A stretch of DNA of 64,000 nucleotides, taken from NCBI RefSeq assembly GCF_011386835.1, contig NC_088808.1:16926001-16990000 (forward strand), in the 5' to 3' direction. How positions within the stretch are numbered: the first letter of the stretch is position 1; every line of letters begins with the position of its first letter. A model generated the notes under the pieces. It saw nothing but the letters and a program-made list of their open reading frames with translations, ran no database searches and was not told the origin of the DNA. The position numbers and the translations under genes are program-made. This document shows, one piece after another, positions 55,801 through 64,000 of the stretch. The stretch is from Chrysemys picta bellii (Eukaryota).

Positions 55801-58800
55801 TTAAACTTTGAGTTAATTAAGTGATCATAAATGTGAGATGTATGGAATAAAAGTTTGTCAGGAGCAACTCTGTTAAAGGCAGTGGATGTCATGTGTCTGA
55901 AACTCTACCCATAGTTCTGAAAATGTATCCTTTTCATGTGGGCATCTCTTGTGAAACCATATCTTTCAGTTTGCCTGAGCCTGACCAGCTCTCAGGCCAT
56001 TCAGGAGCAGAGCCCATTTATTGTACTGAATTTTCTGGTGTGTTTTTGTTGATGGGACAGGTCACTGCCTAGGGACTAAGCTGAGACCACTGTTCATTTC
56101 GTGTGCTACCCAAGTCAGTATTTGAGCCTGTCTCTTTAGAGATGAAAGGCAAGCTTGTTCCCTCACTGTGCCAACAGCCCTTAAATAAGGCCTATTTTTA
56201 CCTTTCTCTCCATTGCCATCATGCTGCGCTGTAGAAATGTTGCTGACCGCTTTTAGTCTGCGCCAGAGGCTATAATAAAAAGCAGATTCCAATTAGGAAA
56301 TCAAAATTGGCATTAGTAACCCTTACTCTCCACTTTGTGCGTTTCTTTAGCTGTTTGAGATTCGTCCTGTCTGGTCTCGGAATGCTGTAAAGGCCAATAT
56401 CAGTGTTCATCCGGACAAGCTTAAACTTCTGCTACCGTATTTGGCCTATTATATGGTGAGTTTCTTTGTATACCTGCTGTGTAGCTTGTTCTTATTTGAG
56501 TCAGGCTTGGGGGCAAAGGGATGAGAGGACCAGCTGGATGTCTATGGACAATTCCTAGTTATCTACTGTTCAGATTCCACTGTCTGGTACCCAAAGCTTT
56601 GCATTAAATATCCTTAAGGAGGAGTTCCAACCTTTTTTGGGAGGGGAGGAGAGAGGAGGAAAATCTTGCTTCCAAATGTAACCCACACATAGTTGCCAAT
56701 TAAAGCAATGAGCGATGCAGTGGCTTTGTGCTTCTATTGGTTCTGGTCTGCCTTGCAGTTATAGTAACAAATGGTCAAATTGACTGTCCATTTGGAAATG
56801 CTAGCAGGAGCCTTCAAAAAAAAGTCTGCTGTGAGCTTTGGACTTCATTTCTGAAATCCCAACTATTTGCAGCATGTAGCCTTCCTTTGCCCAAGGTTAG
56901 ATGTGAAATGAATGTGTTGGAAGGGGGAAAAGAGGGAGGGAGAATCTGTAAAATAAATAGTTTGGGGAAACATTGTAGTGCTCATTAATACACTGCATCT
57001 CTGTACTGTCCCTTGTAACCATTCATACTGTATCCGTGCAGCTCACAGGTCCCTGGAGAAGCCTGTGGGTTCGATTTGGGTATGACCCCAGGAAACATCC
57101 CGAAGCAAAGATTTATCAAGTTCTGGACTTCAGAATTCGCTGTGGAATGAAATATGGTAAAATGGCCCAAGCAAGACAGACTCTCTCTCTGTCTCCTCGT
57201 CAGTCTGTCTCTGCAGCTCTTCTGTCATCTCTTTCCATTTGTTTTTAAACCCTCAGAGCCTCTTTCCTCAAGCTTTTTGTTTGAAGGAAGGTGCAGGAGT
57301 GGAGGCCATATTGGTCATTGTGTCCTTCCCTAGAATCTATGGGGGCATCCAATAACCCAAGTTAGAGGAGCAGAAGGGACGTTTATTTGGCCACTGGGCA
57401 TATTCCAGTCCTAACAAAAAGCTACTCAACTTCCTTCCTCCATATGTTCAAAACACAAATGCACCTCAATGGGATATCTTGCTATCTTCCCTCCCACTCC
57501 AGGACTGTTACAATTTCAGAAGGGGGAGACATTTAAAATGCCACCAAAGCGTTCATTTCTTTGTCATTTCTTCCATTTCCAGAAGGGACAAATTGGGTGA
57601 CTGTTACAAGGATGACTTGTCCATCTGGCCAACTAATGCTGGAGAAGCAATTTCTTTTAAAACAAAACAACAAAAGATTTAGTGCCACCAGCTGGGAAAG
57701 CACATAAGCCTTGTGCAAAATGGAGGAATGTGCATTATGAACTCAAGAATGCATTTGCCTCTTACCCATTCTCATCCGCCCTGCAAAAAAAAAAAACCCA
57801 TAGTACCCTATCAGATGCTATAGACAACACAGTGAGGGTTTATGATTTTTTAGCTTATGCCATTGCATGAGTTTTTGGTTTATGCCATTGTAACACATCT
57901 GGGGTATGTTGTTTTTACCAATTCATTTGGCCTATTTAAGTTTAGTGCAGTGCTCAGCTCTGTACAAAACACCTCATTATATTGCTTTTTGGTACATTAG
58001 TTTCATACGTTCCCTGCCATAGTTTTAGATCTGAGATGCAAATTTAGGTCTCTCTTTTTGTGTGTGGGGGGGTTTCAATACAATAATGATAGTGCCTGTT
58101 CTTCAAGGATCGCAGAGCTCTTCACAAACTACTAAATCTCTAAGTATTATTATCCCTATTTTACAAAGGGGGAAATTGAGGTTAAGTGACCATGCAGTAA
58201 GTCAGTGACAGGGCACATCTTCCCACTTTTTCATGTTAAATAGCTTTATTTCCCTGATCTTTCTCTCTCTCTCCGTCCCATTAAAATCAACATATGCTAT
58301 TGGTTGGCTCTCCTTTCAAACCCCAATCCAATATCCCCTGTTATAAAAGCTGGAATATTCTACGGGATGCTGGTCTCTGTTCAAAGACTGTTTTCTTTCT
58401 TGGCCTCCAGGTTACGCCCCTAGCGACATGCCCGTGAAAGCAAAACGCAGCACATACAATTACAGTCTGCCCATCACTATCAAAAAACCAGGTATGCTGA
58501 ACAGGCAAAGGGGTTGAAAAGGGTGCACAGCTTAACTTGGCTTCTTCATTTCATCCTTTTGTTGCTGTTGATGCAGCTTATTTCAGTTGATTATTGGGGT
58601 TTCCTTTATCTCAGATTGCGCTACGTATGTCCTATTAAAACCCGTGGAAGTGTTGCTCTTTGAGGGATGTCTTAACACGTGTCTGGCTGATGGAGCCAGG
58701 GGTAATAATGGGAGGTGAGAGATCAGAAATTAGAAAGGAGTCTAGTTGAATGAGGCCATATCAGAAATACTTCCCAGTAGCTGCAGAAATGGTCTGCCTG

Positions 58801-61800
58801 CCACTACAGCTGCCAAAAAACGGGGTAGAGGGAACGAAAAATGAACATTTACAGTAACATTTGCTATGCTGGCTATTTTTCTGCTGCCAACAAAGTTGAA
58901 GTGAAGTAGAGAAGCCGCTAAAACCCTGTACTATGCCATGAAGTGCAAAATATTGTGCAGTTCAGGAATCTTCTTCCTTTATGTCTTTCAGTAAGTCACA
59001 CAGTCAGTGTACAGGACCTAAAACATGGGCTGGACTCATCGAGTACATCCAGGGCAAAAAAACCTGCTTCCAGCAGGTACAAACTTAAAGTAGGTATTAC
59101 TCTCTCCTACCAAGAGCTTGGAATGGTATAATAGGAGGGGGATCTGTTATGGTTTGTCACTCTTTTGGGGGCAGCGTTGACTCAGATGGACTGTGGACAT
59201 TGATACAGATACAGATTTTACTTGGAGCTGCAAGTGACTAGCTAAAAAGAACTCTCCGTAAGCCTGAAAGCTTCTCTCTCTCACCAACAGAAGTTGGTCC
59301 AGTAAAAGATATTGCCTCTCTAGCTATCCTTATGGTATACTGGGTTTTCCTGGAAAGCCAGTAGTCATCCACATCACTGCAAAGTTTGCTGTTGTTTTTG
59401 TGTCTTTTCTAAGTATGGAAAGTCATACATTCAGCCCTTACCTTGAATGTGACTTACATTGCATTTCAGGAAGCAGATTGTGGAGTGCTATGAATAGCAA
59501 AGGCTTAGGCCCATTATGGTGCATTTTCAGATTGCTCTGTAGAATCCAGTAACGCAAAGGAAATAAGGAAACGGGATAGTCTATACTTTCGCCATTCTCC
59601 ATTTTCCTGTTATGGCAATTTCTCCCCCCCCCCCCCACTGTTTTGAAGTAACAAAGTATGAGTGATCGTGTAACTGTTAATAGGTGTGAATGCTTTTCTC
59701 CACAGAACTTTGCTGTGTTAGTTCTGATTGCTGTGGCCGGCAGGTTGCAGTGCAATTCTGCTGCATCCATACTCTGACTTTGTCCTCTACTGCACACAGA
59801 CTCACACGCTCTCTCACACTCTTCCTGTCAGGGAACTGAACTCGTATAGGAAATGCCTGGATCCTGAAATAGCTCTTAAGGAAGGATCTCTACTGTGTGG
59901 CTATGCTGTACTGTTGCCCCATGTCTTGGGCGTGGAAATGATTTGCAATGCCCATTGAATCTTTGTCTTTGTCTCCTGCTAGGACTCCATCTATATCTTC
60001 CAGGAAGGAGATCTGCCTCCATATCGACAGATGTTCTATCAGCTCTGTGACTTGAACGTGGACAGGTACTTCACCTGGATAGCTGGATCTTTTGACCAAA
60101 GGAGATTTTGCAGATGCTCAGAGGATTGATTGCAAAGGCTGCCGTTTGTACCCAACCTCCTATCTTTCTCCTTGACCCTGATACTTAGGAGATTCCTAGT
60201 TTCTCAACAGACTGTATGTACATTGGAAATTCCTTCCCAGTAAAGTTGTATGAGCTACCAAAATATACTTTCCCAACATGTGTTTTGGGAAACCATTGAA
60301 ATCAATGGGAAAAGTCCTATTGACTTCAACAGGAGTAGGTTAGGCCTTACTCCCATTGGATAAATATTTAACCCGCAGAAGGAAAAACACATTGTCACAT
60401 AATTCTGGGGAAATGCATTGTTACTTTAGTTTGGATTTTCATGTACACACATATACCCCGATAGGTTTAAAAATATACACTTAATGTAACCAACAACTCG
60501 CCATCACATTTAGAAAAGCACATTTTACAGTCTTATCATTCCCCTCTGCATTCATAAGCTGCTTATAATGCTACAGAGGGATAGGGTAGAGCTAGTTGAG
60601 GTACGATAGACAAGTAGAACAAAGCAGCCAGAGAAACCTACCTGGGAGAAAAAGCATGATCTAGTGATTGAAGCACAGGCCTGGGACTCTTATTGGTTCT
60701 GCAACTGATCATGCAATCTGTCTGTGCCTTAGTCTTTCCTTCTGTACATTGGAAATAACTTTCTTACCTTACAGCGGGCTAGCGAGTAGAGCTGAGCGAA
60801 ATTCGGCATTTTTGCCTTGTGGGAAATTCCGATATTTAACAAGTGTTTTCATCTCAGTCCGGGACAAAATGTTGAAATACTGAATTTTTTTCACAGAACA
60901 AAATATTCTGAAAAATGTTGATTCTCTATTGTCTAAACCATTTGAACAATCGAACTGATTTGAAACAAAATGTTTTGGGTCATTTCACCAAAATGAAATA
61001 TTCTAACTTGGATTGAATCAACCTGAAAAGAAATATTTGGTTTGATTTTTTTTTTCACAATAAAAAACTGAAAAACTTTGGCAAAATTTAAATTTTCCAA
61101 TGAAAAATTTCAGTTTTGCAGAAACTGCCTTTTTCTATTGGAAAATTCCCAATGAACTTTACAATAGAGGTCTTATGTTCGTGACATGCTACGAGATCCT
61201 TGAAGGGAAGCACTACAGACTTTATTACTTAATCTGTTTCATGAATGCAACCCTGAATCACTCTGACTTTTCTGGTTGCAGGCCTTCCAGTGAAAACTAT
61301 AGCAGGAGGAATTTTAACTCCTGCTAGGGCCACTCATGCTGGACAGGTCATAGAGCAGAGACCAGATGAAGAGCAGTCCACTGACCCTCAGGTTGGGGAT
61401 TGAGTAATAGGCCAACAACATAGCCTCGTAAAAAGTTGAGTTATGGAAACACAGCAATGTGGTCGTTCAGGCAAACAGCACAATTCATTGGGATGACGGA
61501 GCTTTGTTCGTGCCCTACGTGATGTTTGATGGCATAGGAAGGATTCAGATCTGGTTGCAGGAGGCTGACTCTTTTCTTGCCTGCTATTTAGCTTACAGAA
61601 AATCATCCATCGGAATGATGGCATGGAGACAGAATGCACAGAACGGGATGGGTGGTGCCTTCAAAAGACCAATGATGATCTGAGGGATACCATGTCTCTG
61701 ATGATAAAGCAGATCATCAGATCCACAAGACCCGGTAAGGATGGCTCTGGGGTTTTGAGCATTGGAGGGTATGTTATAAAAAACAGTTCCAGACACTATG

Positions 61801-62771
61801 GGGCATGTTGTTGGGAGCAGTTGAGTCACAATGTTGCACTTTGCAGTGGAGCAATGAACTTATCTGTTCATTTCCTGCTGTAGATCCCCTTCTCTTGTGG
61901 TAGGAGACTCAGTCTGCCTGGTTAGATGTAGGTGCTAGATCCCCTGGTTCTTCACATGTAATGTTATTGTGATGTCATCAACCTGGATACCTGCAGGACA
62001 CCTGCTCTTCTTAAAGCAGCACGTGTTAGGCCATTGGAAAAAGACCTAAAACTCTGTGGGACTGGGGAAAATGTAACTAGATTTTGCCATTTGAACACCA
62101 GCAAAGTGATTGGAGGCATGTGAGTATGAAATAGTTGGGGGTAAGAACCTCTCAGCTTTGCCTTCCCAGTGGCATAGTTTCTAGGTTTTAAATGTCTTCG
62201 TTCCATGATACTCTTGCTCATGTTTTTATAGTTGTTCAAATTGGTGGCATCTGGATCTTTTCGTTAATGTGTTTAATTTAATAGCATACTGTAATAGAGC
62301 AAGGACAGGAGAGGAAATTCTCTTGTCATGGTCCTGGGCCAAACCAATATCCCAAGGAATTAGGTTAGTCTCAGTTGGAATGAGATGCACGATCGCTCTA
62401 AATGCAAAACCTCCTGGCCTTGTTCCGTTAGAATTCCTGGCACAGGAAAACTGCTTTTGTTTGATTTTTGATTTGGTTTCATTAAGGTGCCTGACTGTAA
62501 CTATGATCAGCACTTTTACATCTTCTGGCTGGCTCTGTTAATCTTATCTGCAAACACATCCTCTGTTTTAGTGAGGAGGGAAGTAATGTTGACATCTTTT
62601 CTTCTCTCTCTTTCTGACTAAGCTCTGTTTTCGAGTACGTCGAATGCTGAAGATGGCAAAGAACAGCTGACGTACGACTCTGGGGAGGAGGAGGAGGATG
62701 AAGAGGAGGACTTCAAGCCTTCTGATGGGAGCGAGAATGAAATGGAAACAGAGATCCTGGACTATGTGTGA
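49643..62771 (+). CDS. GTF3C5: GTF3C5 (TFIIIC 63 kDa subunit), 11 exons, 511 aa
   Basis: VCVEYPG..., LELYFRP.DPYCHP, TGPWRSLW.RFGYDPR, acidic tail ending ENEMETEILDYV*; phases consistent (1536 nt). Confidence 0.97.
50136..50191. mobile_element. Penelope-like terminus fragment
   Basis: ATGCTCTAATAAATTTGTTAGTCTCTAAGGTGCCACAAGTACTCCTGTTCTTTTTT, nearly identical to the 7068-7121 arm. Confidence 0.7.
50629..50848 (+). CDS. GTF3C5: GTF3C5 exon 2
   Basis: IYADPGKRLELYFRPK...VYKFQ; 220 nt. Confidence 0.95.
51325..51657. mobile_element. Fold-back hAT MITE (near-perfect palindrome)
   Basis: ~150-bp inverted arms; TSD ACCTGGCC / ACCTAGCC. Confidence 0.9.
51791..51989 (+). CDS. GTF3C5: GTF3C5 exon 3
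   Basis: MSDFQYLAMH...PLYIPPPIFSRLD...; 199 nt. Confidence 0.95.
54214..54565. mobile_element. hAT MITE
   Basis: TIR CAGAGGTCCCCAAACT / AGTTTGGGGACCACTG; degenerate TSD ATGTAATG / GTGTAAGG. Confidence 0.8.
54948..55143 (+). CDS. GTF3C5: GTF3C5 exon 4
   Basis: DGYNNPQVSCENLIGLSRARRPHNAIFVNF...EEELRK. Confidence 0.95.
56351..56455 (+). CDS. GTF3C5: GTF3C5 exon 5
   Basis: LFEIRPVWSRNAVKANISVHPDKLKLLLPYLAYYM. Confidence 0.95.
57042..57156 (+). CDS. GTF3C5: GTF3C5 exon 6
   Basis: LTGPWRSLWVRFGYDPRKHPEAKIYQVLDFRIRCGMKY. Confidence 0.95.
58411..58491 (+). CDS. GTF3C5: GTF3C5 exon 7
   Basis: YAPSDMPVKAKRSTYNYSLPITIKKP. Confidence 0.95.
58992..59089 (+). CDS. GTF3C5: GTF3C5 exon 8
   Basis: VSHTVSVQDLKHGLDSSSTSRAKKPASSRYKLK. 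Confidence 0.9.
59983..60065 (+). CDS. GTF3C5: GTF3C5 exon 9
   Basis: DSIYIFQEGDLPPYRQMFYQLCDLNVD. Confidence 0.95.
61592..61734 (+). CDS. GTF3C5: GTF3C5 exon 10
   Basis: LQKIIHRNDG...ERDGWC...LRDTMSLMIKQIIRSTRP. Confidence 0.95.
62623..62771 (+). CDS. GTF3C5: GTF3C5 exon 11
   Basis: ALFSS...SGEEEEDEEEDFKPSDGSENEMETEILDYV*; AAG acceptor. Confidence 0.93.
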
Positions 62772-63651
62772 CACAGTGAGCGAGCAGGATGAGGCTGCAT
62801 GGGACTTTTGTTCCTTGAGCCCTGGGGGCTATGGAATCATGACCAGGCTTTCGGGAAGATGCTAACCAGACACATGGCACTGGATATGGTGCTAGCAGTT
62901 GTGCTAAGTGCTCTGAAGGTGCAGGCGCTAAAGATCACGTTTTCACAGTGTTGGTGTGACAGGCATTTGTAAAGATGCCATTGTGGGGATGCTGGCCCAT
63001 GGCCAATCCCAGGCAACATGCATGGCCGGCATTTACTGTGGCCATTTTTCTGGTCAGAGTGGAGCTAGATGGGATTTCACTTGCTTTAATTTCCCTTCTC
63101 GCCCTGCGCTTACAAACTGCAACATCTGATCCCATCATCAAAGGGATCTATACTTCCCTTTGAGACAATATAGATGTTCCTACGACAGCCACTGTGGCGG
63201 AATGTTAGTGTACTGTCTCCTCTTACCAGAAATTGAGAGTCTCTTCATCCTTGCTAGCTCAGATATGTCAGAGACTTCAACAAGTGCTGAATCCAACCCA
63301 GATCACAGGTGTTCCACTGGCCTCTTGAGCCCAAAGTGTTAACCTTTAATTAGAACCATTCAGGGAATGTGTGGAGGTCACACAATTCTAAACCTGGCGT
63401 CTGGGTCAGTGGGAAAAACTTCAAACAAAATTAATTCTGTATCGAGAACTGCACGAACAAGGTCATTGCTGATTCTTAATCGAGAGACTCTGTAGAGTAT
63501 CATTCTGGCTGGCTTAAATCAAATGTGGAGTCTATCCAATGGGACATGTGCAGGTATCTGTAATAATTTTGTATATGCATGAGAAGCAAACAATAATTTC
63601 CCTCGGGGAAAGTCCAGGTCCCCATGAAACATAACACCTTGTCTATTTTTC

Positions 63652-63657
63652 AATAAA
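63652..63657 (+). terminator. GTF3C5: Probable GTF3C5 poly(A) signal
   Basis: AATAAA ~880 nt after the stop, with a U-rich stretch downstream. Confidence 0.55.
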
Positions 63658-64000
63658 ACTCTTCCTTTTTCCAGTAACACATTCTTCCATGGATTTCTGT
63701 GTAGATATACGTAGTACAGCCAATATCCTCAAAATGATTTTGAGTCAACAGAAACATGTTGGTAAACTGGACATTCATTAGGTAAGTGATTCTGATTTGA
63801 GAATTTTAACTAAGAATTGGATTAAAAGAGTTCATCTAAACTGACTTTTACTTGGTGGTCAGATATAAACTGAGACAAAGATCTAGGTCAGACTGGGAAT
63901 TCACTTGAAGTAAGGAGAAAAACCTGAACTGGATTTCTGTGTTTGTTCTTCCCCGTAAAATGCACTGAGTGGGTTCACATCCTCGGCTCGATGGGTAAAG

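Noticed and set aside
63775-63790. Donor-like TAG|GTAAGT near the window end as a start of the next syntenic gene (CEL)
   Set aside because: No signal-peptide ORF upstream; nothing supports a gene here.

Overview
Vertebrate genomic DNA, almost certainly a cryptodire turtle (tRNA-headed, CR1-tailed tortoise SINE, CR1, Penelope-like termini, many hAT/Harbinger MITEs). Gene order matches human 9q34 as I recall it. TSC1 contributes only its 5' end on the minus strand (non-coding exons 1 and 2; the CDS lies left of the window). GFI1B is complete on the plus strand (promoter ~19.4 kb, 6 coding exons 25128-32369, 342 aa). GTF3C5 is complete on the plus strand (11 coding exons 49643-62771, 511 aa). 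All coding exons were phased by hand with GT-AG sites. The strongest non-obvious observations are: (1) TSC1 exon 2 looks like an exonised antisense LF-SINE carrying an apparently conserved uORF; (2) a Penelope-type minimal hammerhead ribozyme fold sits in sense orientation in the predicted GFI1B 3'UTR, with more copies elsewhere; (3) the last GFI1B intron reads through as TGEKPF-stop; (4) a 19-nt U2 snRNA 5' fragment is nested in a Penelope terminus; (5) convergent CTCF motifs, GATA/E-box clusters and an excess of POU octamers surround GFI1B. Homology statements come from remembered sequences, not searches, and need database confirmation.
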